Shown in pieces: positions 9,424 to 16,480 of a stretch of DNA of 32,000 nt. The notes below the pieces were generated by a model. That model saw nothing but the letters and a program-made list of their open reading frames with translations, made no database searches and had not been told where the DNA came from. The position numbers and the translations under genes were made by a program. Source of the stretch: an archaeon (lineage in GTDB: Archaea > Iainarchaeota > Iainarchaeia > Iainarchaeales > CSSED10-239); NCBI GenBank assembly GCA_041677685.1, contig JBAYPN010000001.1:19673-51672 (forward strand), given 5' to 3'. Within the stretch, counting starts at the first letter, position 1. Every line of letters begins with the position of its first letter.

Positions 9424-9548
9424 TACTTTCACCTTCCTCTTTATTAATTTATTTAATAGTATTATATTTAAAGGTTTTCTTTACATATTATATATGTATA
9501 ATTATACTTCTTTTATAATATGATTGATTATATTATTTTATTAATTTT

Positions 9549-9555
9549 GAGGTGA
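9549..9555 (+). promoter_or_regulatory. Shine-Dalgarno GAGGTGA serving the TTG start of ftsZ
   Basis: GAGGTGA lies 7 nt upstream of TTG 9563. The same GGTGA-type motif precedes most genes in the window. Confidence 0.7.
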
Positions 9556-9562
9556 ACTAAAC

Positions 9563-10615
9563 TTGAATAATACAGAAAGTAATAAGGAACTTGAAGCTTT
9601 TTTAGAAGCTTCTTTACCAAAGATATTTGTTATTGGTGTTGGTGGTAGTGGGAATAACACAATTGAAAGAATTAATTCTGTTGGGGTTGAAGGTGCAAAC
9701 ACAATTGCAATTAACACAGATGCTCAAGCTTTAATTAGAGTTAATGCTGATAAAAAAGTTTTAATTGGAAAAAAATCAACAAAAGGCTTAGGTGCAGGAT
9801 CAAACCCAGATGTTGGTGCTTCTGCTGCCGAAGAATCAAAAGAGGAACTTCTTGAAATCTGTAAAGGTTCAAATTTAGTTTTTGTAACTTGTGGATTGGG
9901 TGGAGGTACTGGAACTGGTGCTGCTCCTGTTATGGCAAAGATCTCAAGAGAATCAGGAGCTTTGACAATTGGTGTTGTGACTTTACCTTTTGCAGTTGAG
10001 GGGAAGAGAAGAATTGATAATGCCTTGGCTGGTTTAGAGAAACTAAAAAAAGAAGTAGACACTTTAATTATTATTCCAAATGATAAGATTTTAGAGATTG
10101 CTCCTGACTTGCCTTTAAACATTGCTTTTCAAGAAGTTGATAAGATTCTAACAGAGGCAGTAAAAGGAATAATTGAATTGATAACAAAGGCAGGAATTAT
10201 AAATCTTGATTTTGCTGATCTAAAAACTATTCTTACAAAAGGTGGAATAGCAATGATCGGTGTTGGAGAATCATCTGTTGAGAAAGGAAATGAATCTAGG
10301 GCCATGGAAGCTGTAGAGAATGCTTTGACTTCTCCATTATTAGACGTAGATATTTCTAGCTCAACTAGAGCATTAGTTAATGTTCTTGGTGGAAATGATC
10401 TTACCTTAAAAGAAGCGGAGATGATTGTTGAGACTGTTGCTTCTAAGATAAATGATGAAGCGCATATTATTTGGGGTGCAATGATTGATGATAACCTTGC
10501 TAAAAAGAAAGTAAAGGTTATGGTTGTGATTGCAGGTGCAAACATACCTTACCTAGATGATGATTATGAACATTCTTCTAATAGAGATTTAGATCTAGAG
10601 ATTGATAGTGTTTAA
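9563..10615 (+). CDS. ftsZ: Cell division GTPase FtsZ
   Basis: Tubulin signature GLGGGTGTGAAPV, N-terminal GVGGSGNN and T7-loop NLDFADL. The TTG start is supported by the upstream SD. Confidence 0.95.
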   Translation: MNNTESNKELEAFLEASLPKIFVIGVGGSGNNTIERINSVGVEGANTIAINTDAQALIRVNADKKVLIGKKSTKGLGAGSNPDVGASAAEESKEELLEICKGSNLVFVTCGLGGGTGTGAAPVMAKISRESGALTIGVVTLPFAVEGKRRIDNALAGLEKLKKEVDTLIIIPNDKILEIAPDLPLNIAFQEVDKILTEAVKGIIELITKAGIINLDFADLKTILTKGGIAMIGVGESSVEKGNESRAMEAVENALTSPLLDVDISSSTRALVNVLGGNDLTLKEAEMIVETVASKINDEAHIIWGAMIDDNLAKKKVKVMVVIAGANIPYLDDDYEHSSNRDLDLEIDSV

Positions 10616-10713
10616 AGAAAGTGAGATTTAGAATAGAAACAACAAGATTTAGAAATAACAAGATTTAGAAACAACAAGATTTAGAAACAACAAATGATGT
10701 TTAAAGAAAGTGA
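10609..10713. repeat. 16-nt direct repeat (TGTTTAAAGAAAGTGA) bracketing four tandem AGATTTAGAA-type units between ftsZ and secE
   Basis: DR copies are at 10609-10624 (contains the ftsZ stop at 10613-10615) and 10698-10713 (contains the SD-like AGTGA for secE). Internal units are at 10624-10644 (21 nt), 10645-10660, 10661-10676 and 10677-10692 (16 nt each). Confidence 0.9.
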
Positions 10714-10719
10714 ATGATT

Positions 10720-10884
10720 ATGAGTAAATTAGGTGATTTTATTTCTTCTTCAAGAAGAATATTATCCATATCTAAAAAACCAACAAACAAGGAATTTTGG
10801 ATGATGGCAAAAATAATTGGGTTAGGTATAATTTTAATAGGTGTAGTTGGTTATTTAATAAAACTAATTGTTAGTTTTTTTTAA
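10720..10884 (+). CDS. secE: Protein translocase subunit SecE (Sec61 gamma), 54 aa; absent from the ORF track
   Basis: My translation is MSKLGDFISSSRRILSISKKPTNKEFWMMAKIIGLGIILIGVVGYLIKLIVSFF. It fits the archaeal SecE pattern (R-x-L...KKPT-x-x-E-F...AK...G...GY-I). The position between ftsZ and spt5 is the canonical archaeal one. Confidence 0.88.
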   Translation: MSKLGDFISSSRRILSISKKPTNKEFWMMAKIIGLGIILIGVVGYLIKLIVSFF

Positions 10885-10899
10885 GATGGTGGAATAGAT

Positions 10900-11337
10900 A
10901 TGATTTTTACAATAAGGACAACTGTTGGTCAAGAAAAAGTAATTATGGACCTTTTATATAATAAGATAAAACAAAATGAATTAGAGGTATATTCGCTTGT
11001 TGAAATGGCAGATCTAAAAGGTTATCTTTTGGTTGAAGCTGATTCTAAAAAAACAGCTGAGCTTCTAATACATAATGTGCCTCACATAAAGGGTGGAAAG
11101 ATAGTTGAAGGAACAATTGAGATTAAAGAGATTGCAGGAGTCTTAGAGTCAAGACCGTTGATGACAGCAATTAAGCCTGGTCAAACAGTTGAAATAATAT
11201 TAGGTCCTTTTAAGGGTTCAAGAGCAAAGGTTATAAGAGTTAACTTGGCAAAGGAAGAAGTTGTTATTGAATTGTTTGATGCTACTGTAAAAATCCCAAT
11301 TACAATTAAAGCAGAGAATATTAAGGTGCTGAGTTAA
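10900..11337 (+). CDS. spt5: Transcription elongation factor Spt5 (NusG)
   Basis: NGN domain plus KOW motif GQTVEIILGPFKGSRAKVIRV. GGTGGA SD upstream. secE-spt5-rpl11 synteny. Confidence 0.9.
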   Translation: MIFTIRTTVGQEKVIMDLLYNKIKQNELEVYSLVEMADLKGYLLVEADSKKTAELLIHNVPHIKGGKIVEGTIEIKEIAGVLESRPLMTAIKPGQTVEIILGPFKGSRAKVIRVNLAKEEVVIELFDATVKIPITIKAENIKVLS

Positions 11338-11458
11338 ATTAAACAGATTTAAAATAATTTAAATTTAAAAGAACAATTAAAAAACCTAAAAAATCAAATA
11401 ATTAAGAACAAATTTAAAAATAAAAAAAAGAATTAAAAATTAAGAGAGTGATTATAAA

Positions 11459-11929
11459 ATGGCTACAATAAATGTTTTAGTTGATGGTGGAAAAGCAAAT
11501 GCAGGTCCGCCAATTGGTCCAGCTTTAGGTCCTTTAGGAATAAATGCTATGGATGTTGTAAATGCAATTAATGAGAAAACAAAAGATTTACAAGGTATAC
11601 AGATTCCTGTAAAAATAATTATTGATAATAAGAAAAAATTCACAATTGAGGTTGGGTCTCCTCAAACAAGTGCTTTAATAAAAAAAGAACTAAATTTAAA
11701 GACTGCAACTGGAAAGGCAGGAACTGAAGTTACAGGAAATTTAAGTTTTGATCAAATATTAAAGATATCAAAAGCAAAATTCCCACAACTAATTTCTAAA
11801 GAACAAAAGTCAGCAGTTAAAGAGATTGCAGGGTCTTGTAGAACAATGGGTGTTACTATTGACAACCTACCTATTAAAGAAGTAATTAAATTAATAGATC
11901 AAGGAACTTATGATTCTAAGTTTTCTTAG
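11459..11929 (+). CDS. rpl11: Ribosomal protein uL11
   Basis: GGKANAGPPIGPALGPLGINAM signature. AGTGAT SD 6 nt upstream. Confidence 0.95.
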   Translation: MATINVLVDGGKANAGPPIGPALGPLGINAMDVVNAINEKTKDLQGIQIPVKIIIDNKKKFTIEVGSPQTSALIKKELNLKTATGKAGTEVTGNLSFDQILKISKAKFPQLISKEQKSAVKEIAGSCRTMGVTIDNLPIKEVIKLIDQGTYDSKFS

Positions 11930-11930
11930 A

Positions 11931-11945
11931 TTTTTTCTTTTTTTT
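11931..11945 (+). terminator. Oligo-T tract (T6 C T8) immediately after the rpl11 stop, an archaeal-type terminator candidate
   Basis: ttttttctttttttt read directly after TAG 11927-11929. Archaeal RNAP terminates at oligo-T runs. Confidence 0.55.
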
Positions 11946-11971
11946 AAAAACAATAGGTTTTTAAGTATTTA

Positions 11972-11992
11972 ATCTATCTATATTAGATAGAT
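11972..11992. promoter_or_regulatory. Perfect 9-bp inverted repeat with 3-nt centre (ATCTATCTA-TAT-TAGATAGAT)
   Basis: Read directly. It lies about 45 nt upstream of the TTG 12036 start, between the rpl11 terminator tract and TATA-like atctatataag. Confidence 0.5.
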
Positions 11993-12035
11993 ATATTTTA
12001 ATAATATCTATATAAGTAAAAAGACGGTGATTTTC

Positions 12036-12551
12036 TTGAAAAAAAGTTTATTTATAATTATGTTTTTATTATTTTTTACAACAAGTGTTTTTGCATATAC
12101 TGATTATGGGATAGTTGATCTTAAAGTGCCTACGAGTATAGTTTCTGGGCAAGAATTAGAAGTAAATATTACTTTAGCAAACAATAGTTCTTCAGAAGCT
12201 ACCATTCCTTTAAGTATAATGATCTATTCCCCTTCTGCTAATCTTGTTTTTGATGTTGATTATTCTGTTACAATTTCTTCAGATTCAAGTTCTATAGAAA
12301 CATATTTTCTTGATATTGATCAAAATAGTTCTACACAACCTTATCTTTTAAGAGCTTCAATTGAGGAACAAGCAGGTAATCAAAGTAATAATATGTCCTC
12401 TGTTTACTTTACAATAAGAAAGGGTGCTTCAAAAATTCCTGTCCCTGACTTACCATATTTCTTGCCAATCATATTAGTTGTGTTTGTTGCTTTCTTTATC
12501 TTTTCTAGAAAAGAGCAGAAAAGAAAACATAAAAGAGTTGTAAGAAAATAA
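12036..12551 (+). CDS. Secreted, C-terminally anchored protein (possible CARDB-like beta-sandwich)
   Basis: TTG 12036 lies 5 nt after GGTGA (12026-12030); the listed GTG 12027 is inside that SD. Signal peptide MKKSLFIIMFLLFFTTSVFA, a Ser/Asn-rich ectodomain (DLKVPTSIVSGQELEVNITLANNS) and a C-terminal TM plus KRKHKRVVRK tail. Confidence 0.7.
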   Translation: MKKSLFIIMFLLFFTTSVFAYTDYGIVDLKVPTSIVSGQELEVNITLANNSSSEATIPLSIMIYSPSANLVFDVDYSVTISSDSSSIETYFLDIDQNSSTQPYLLRASIEEQAGNQSNNMSSVYFTIRKGASKIPVPDLPYFLPIILVVFVAFFIFSRKEQKRKHKRVVRK

Positions 12552-12720
12552 AATAACTTTAAAATTTAGAATTAAAATTAAAATTAAAATTATTAATTAA
12601 GCTTTATACATTTAAAATTAAAAAACAATTTAAAATCAAAAAATTAATTAAAATTTAAAAGATAAAAAACAATTTAGAAAAGTAAAATATAAAAAACAAT
12701 TAAAAAAATTAGTTTCTAAA
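12552..12720. repeat. A-rich low-complexity spacer with (AAATTA)n and three copies of TAAAAAACAATT
   Basis: gaattaaaattaaaattaaaatt at about 12569-12594. taaaaaacaatt at about 12619, 12664 and 12690. Confidence 0.5.
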
Positions 12721-12743
12721 AAAACAAAAGAAGTGAAATAAAA

Positions 12744-13658
12744 ATGAGTTTAGAAATTTTAAAAAAATCAGGAAAGATAAGCCTAGAGACACATAAGTTT
12801 GCAAAAAAGATAATTAAGCCAGGAGTTGACTTATCAAAGGTTGGTAGAAAGATTGATGACTTTATAATTGAGAAAGGAGCTTTTCCTGCTTGGCCAGTCA
12901 ATCTCTCAGTAAACAATGAAGCTGCACATAACAGCTATGATCTAGAGAAAGAAAGAATACTTTTAGAAGATGATGTTTTAAAAGTAGACATAGGTGTTTC
13001 TATTGATGGACACATCACAGACTCTGCCCAAACCCTAATCTTTAACAACAAACATCAAAAACTAAAAGATGCAAGCTTTCAAGCTCTAAAAGCAACTAAA
13101 GACTTCTTGATAGATAATTACAAGAATGCAAAAATTTCAGATGTTGGAAAAATAATTGAAAATAAAATTAAAGAATTTGGATTTTTACCAGTTGCAAATC
13201 TTACAGGACATTACCTTGCACAATATGTTGCACATAACTCTCCTTCAATTCCAAATGTAGATAATTTTATGCAAGAGAAGTTTAGTGATTATGAGGAACC
13301 CTTTGCAATAGAACCATTTGCAACAACTGGAAGTGGGTTTGTTCATGAAGGCACAGATCTTTTAATCTTTGAACATGCTGAAGATCGAGCAATAAGAAAC
13401 AAAGATGCAAAAAAATTGTTAGAAGAGATTAAAGAATTTAAAGGACTTCCTTTCTCTGAATTCTGGATAGGAAAAGACATGTCTTCTTTTTCAAGAAAAT
13501 TTGCTTTAAGAGAATTAATTAAAAATGAAATCATCTACGGTCATCCAGTCTTAATTGATGTTAAGGGAAGTTATGTTTCTCAAGCTGAAACAACTTTTAT
13601 TATCTCAAAAGAAGAAGGATTAATTGATTTAGTAGGAATTGATGCAATTGAGCAGTAG
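12744..13658 (+). CDS. map: Methionine aminopeptidase, type 2 (archaeal)
   Basis: AFPAWPVNLSVNNEAAHNS and DDVLKVDIGVSIDGHITDSAQT match the MetAP2 metal-site regions. AGTGAA SD 6 nt upstream. Confidence 0.9.
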   Translation: MSLEILKKSGKISLETHKFAKKIIKPGVDLSKVGRKIDDFIIEKGAFPAWPVNLSVNNEAAHNSYDLEKERILLEDDVLKVDIGVSIDGHITDSAQTLIFNNKHQKLKDASFQALKATKDFLIDNYKNAKISDVGKIIENKIKEFGFLPVANLTGHYLAQYVAHNSPSIPNVDNFMQEKFSDYEEPFAIEPFATTGSGFVHEGTDLLIFEHAEDRAIRNKDAKKLLEEIKEFKGLPFSEFWIGKDMSSFSRKFALRELIKNEIIYGHPVLIDVKGSYVSQAETTFIISKEEGLIDLVGIDAIEQ

Positions 13659-14661
13659 TAACGTTTTTTCAAAATATAGTTTTTTAAAAATGTTTTTAAT
13701 AACTTTCTCTATTCTTATTTGGTCATATTTTCTAATTGCCTCTAATGTTTCTTTGAAGTTGTTAGCAATCTTTGATCTTCCTTCAATTGCAAATACTCTT
13801 TTTACTTTTAATTTTTTATTCTTTTTATTATTGTTTCCATTAACTTCCTCAATCTGTATAGCCATGTCAACTGGAAGAGAAAGAAACGTAGACCTTATAG
13901 AAATTTCAATTGGGATCTTTGTAGGTTTTATTTTAGCTTACCTTCTGTTTGGAGCAACAGCTCACTTTTTACTTTTTGGATTATTATATTTATTAGCACA
14001 CATAGTTCTTTCAATTTTAACATATAACAAATTTGAAGAAAGAACAAAGATTAGTGTTTTATCAAACTATGCAAATTCTAAAATCAGTATACTCTTAACA
14101 GTTGTAATCTTAATTATCTGTTTAATAGTAATCTACCCTTCTCAAGAGGATTATGCTTTAGGTATGCAAGTAGGAGTTGTAAACATGTTTGTTGGAGATG
14201 ATATTAGTAATTGGTTGGGCACTTCATACAATATTGGACAGGTAAGCACAAAGGCAGCTCTAGAGTTTGTAACTGACTCTTCTGAATATAAAGACTTGGA
14301 GAAAGTAAATGATCCAAAGGTTACCAATTTTACAAACTTTATTGTGGATACAAAATTAGATGTTAGCTCTAAAAAGACAAGTGAAGAAATAAAAAAGGCT
14401 TTTCCTGACCTAAATGATGTAACTTTAAAAAACCAAATCTTAGAAACATTCAATTCAATGCCAATAATGATTGTTATTCAAAAATATTTTGCAATAATCT
14501 TTGCAGTCATCTTTGCATCAGTTGCTCAATTGTATTTTGCAATTGCCTTCTCTTTATTTGGTTTACTTTTTGTTTATATTTTTTATAAGTTACTTGCAAG
14601 TAGAGTTGATGAGCAAGAAGACTCTGGAGATGTTGATGAAAATAATTTGAATGAAACATAA
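13642..14661 (+). CDS. Polytopic membrane protein, function unknown (start uncertain: ATG 13642, 13690 or 13864)
   Basis: Long ORF with N- and C-terminal hydrophobic helices flanking a soluble middle region, and an acidic tail. No SD is seen at any candidate start. Confidence 0.6.
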   Translation: MQLSSSNVFSKYSFLKMFLITFSILIWSYFLIASNVSLKLLAIFDLPSIANTLFTFNFLFFLLLFPLTSSICIAMSTGRERNVDLIEISIGIFVGFILAYLLFGATAHFLLFGLLYLLAHIVLSILTYNKFEERTKISVLSNYANSKISILLTVVILIICLIVIYPSQEDYALGMQVGVVNMFVGDDISNWLGTSYNIGQVSTKAALEFVTDSSEYKDLEKVNDPKVTNFTNFIVDTKLDVSSKKTSEEIKKAFPDLNDVTLKNQILETFNSMPIMIVIQKYFAIIFAVIFASVAQLYFAIAFSLFGLLFVYIFYKLLASRVDEQEDSGDVDENNLNET

Positions 14662-14733
14662 CTTAATCAAGGATAATAACACTTATAAATACTTTAAGTT
14701 ATAAATTATAAATAATATGTGTAATATTATTTG

Positions 14734-15007
14734 AAGAAATTAAATTAATTACAAAGAACTTAATTACAAAGCACATAAATTAAATTAATTACAAAGAACT
14801 TAAATTAAATTAAGAAAAGAAGTTAATTACAAAGAACTTAATTACAAAGCACATAATTACAAAGCACATAAATTAAATTAAGAAAAGAACTTAATTACAA
14901 AGCACATAAATTAAATTAAGAAAAGAACTTAATTACAAAGAACTTAAATTAAAACAAAAAGAACTTAATTACAAAGAACTTAAATTAAAACAAAAAGAAA
15001 TTAAATT
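14734..15007. repeat. Hierarchical minisatellite: 9 copies of TAATTACAAAG embedded in 15-, 25-, 36- and 38-nt modules, directly upstream of the 15020 gene
   Basis: Core copies start at 14746, 14761, 14786, 14824, 14839, 14854, 14892, 14930 and 14966. The 38-nt module taattacaaagcacataaattaaattaagaaaagaact is perfectly duplicated (14854-14891 and 14892-14929). A 36-nt module is duplicated at 14930-14965 and 14966-15001. aagaaattaaatt flanks both ends (14734-14746 and 14995-15007). Confidence 0.92.
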
Positions 15008-15019
15008 TGAGATGAGAGT

Positions 15020-16384
15020 ATGAAAAAAATAGTGTTGATTTTATTTTCAATAATTTTAATTACCAATTCTGTTTTTGCAATATCTTTGTTTACTGCGCAA
15101 GACATCTCTAAAAATTATTTGTTTGAAAATGAAATGGTTGATAGCTTCTCTCAACCTGCAATTGTTTGTGAAGAAGAAACCTTCTTTGTAATTCCAATCA
15201 TCAATTCTGGACAAGAGATTTCTTTTTTTGTACCTGTCTCTTTTGAATCTGGGGAAGTCTTTCTAAGTAAAGACTCAGAGAAAAACATTAGCCTAACAAA
15301 GACAAGCTACCTTCTAAAGAAATTATCCTATTCAGACACAAGCAATTATCTTTCCTCTCAACTGATTGACAAGATCGACAAACTAATAAGTGAGCTTAAT
15401 TCTAAAAAATCAAGACTCGAAGGAGTAATTGATTCTGATTATTCTTATGAAACTAAACAAGCAGTAACCAACTCTAAAAACAAAATTGTAAACTTAATAA
15501 ATAGCTTAACAGAAATTAAAGAAAATCTATATGTTCTTTTAGAAAAACAACAGGATTTTAGATATTTGCCAACATGTAAAAAAACAGAACCATTATTATC
15601 TTTATTTTATAGTTCCTTTAAAGGTTATTCAGAACTTCCAAACAAGCTATCAGAATATACTTTGTCTGTTGAAAATGCAATTAAGATAATTGTTTCTGAT
15701 TCTGTTCTTGATGATATTTCAAAAAGAAGTGTCTTAGATTTTATTTCTGTTCCAAACAATCTAAATTCAGAAATTAATTCAATTTATAATTATCTATCTT
15801 CTACCTCCTCATTCTATGCAAACATTAAAGAAAAGTTGACTGGGACTGTTGGAAGAAACAACATGCAATTGTATATTGATAATCTAGGATATAGAAAAAA
15901 CTTTGTTCAAGTAAGAGCCTTGTTATATAATTATGATCCTGACTTGCCTAAGTATGCAAACCTTGACTCAGCAATCAAAATGATCTTAAATTCAGAATAT
16001 AGACTTTATTGGAAGAACCAAGAGCTAGTTGATGACTTGCAAAGTAGATACTCAATTCTTCAAGAAAATTATGCTGTAGGAAAGATAAGTGGTTCTCTTA
16101 ACAACAGTAACAACAAAGGTGATGATGGGGGAGGTGGGGGGCTAATGGAGATGAAATTGATTAAAAAGAATGTGCTACTGATTTTAGGGGATGGTGTCGA
16201 GGATTACACGTCTGTTACTAGTCCCGTAGCATATTTTATAGTGGGTAGTATGCTTCTTTTGTTAGTCATAGTTTTTATAATATATTCAAGAAGGAAAAGA
16301 AAATCTTCAAAAAAACTTTCTAAGTCTAAAAAAGATTTTGTAAAAGAAGATGATTTTTATAATGATGATTTTCCTTTCAATTGA
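15020..16384 (+). CDS. Secreted, C-terminally anchored surface protein, function unknown
   Basis: Signal peptide MKKIVLILFSIILITNSVFA, a long Ser/Asn/Leu-rich helical-looking ectodomain, a Gly5 linker, TM VAYFIVGSMLLLLVIVFIIY followed by RRKRKSSKK. TGA stop. Confidence 0.7.
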   Translation: MKKIVLILFSIILITNSVFAISLFTAQDISKNYLFENEMVDSFSQPAIVCEEETFFVIPIINSGQEISFFVPVSFESGEVFLSKDSEKNISLTKTSYLLKKLSYSDTSNYLSSQLIDKIDKLISELNSKKSRLEGVIDSDYSYETKQAVTNSKNKIVNLINSLTEIKENLYVLLEKQQDFRYLPTCKKTEPLLSLFYSSFKGYSELPNKLSEYTLSVENAIKIIVSDSVLDDISKRSVLDFISVPNNLNSEINSIYNYLSSTSSFYANIKEKLTGTVGRNNMQLYIDNLGYRKNFVQVRALLYNYDPDLPKYANLDSAIKMILNSEYRLYWKNQELVDDLQSRYSILQENYAVGKISGSLNNSNNKGDDGGGGGLMEMKLIKKNVLLILGDGVEDYTSVTSPVAYFIVGSMLLLLVIVFIIYSRRKRKSSKKLSKSKKDFVKEDDFYNDDFPFN

Positions 16385-16480
16385 CTTTTTTTGATTTAGT
16401 TTTTCTTTTTTAAACTATATATTTCTTTCTAAAATCAATTTTTCTTTCTAATTCAATTAAATTTTTTCTCTACAAAGAAT

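Noticed and set aside
10609-10713. Interpreting the 16-nt direct repeats as target-site duplications of a mobile element (MITE-like insertion)
   Set aside because: The interior has no terminal inverted repeats and consists only of tandem 16-nt units. Flanking direct repeats are the expected signature of tandem duplication or slippage. No transposase is seen anywhere in the window.
13629-13865. 78-aa minus-strand ORF (MAIQIEEVNGNNNKKNKK...) opposite the putative N-terminus of the 340-aa membrane protein
   Set aside because: Its codon third positions coincide with those of the plus-strand frame, the classic shadow-ORF phase. Its Lys richness mirrors Phe/Leu codons of the TM helices. It would overlap map by 30 nt and share 2 nt of start codon with the ATG at 13864. 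This is not fully excluded: if the membrane protein really starts at 13864, this ORF could be real.
14734-15007. Possible CRISPR array, because a short repeat recurs nine times
   Set aside because: The repeat core is only 11-15 nt. The intervening segments are 4-27 nt and are themselves repeated (a perfect 38-nt module duplication). No cas genes or leader are present. This is a nested minisatellite, not repeat-spacer architecture.
16127-16141. G-run GGGGGAGGTGGGGGG, the most G-rich spot in the window, as a possible G-quadruplex or regulatory element
   Set aside because: It lies in frame inside the 15020 gene, where it encodes a Gly5 linker (GDDGGGGGL). There are too few separated G-tracts for a stable canonical G4. 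A flexible hinge is the simpler explanation.
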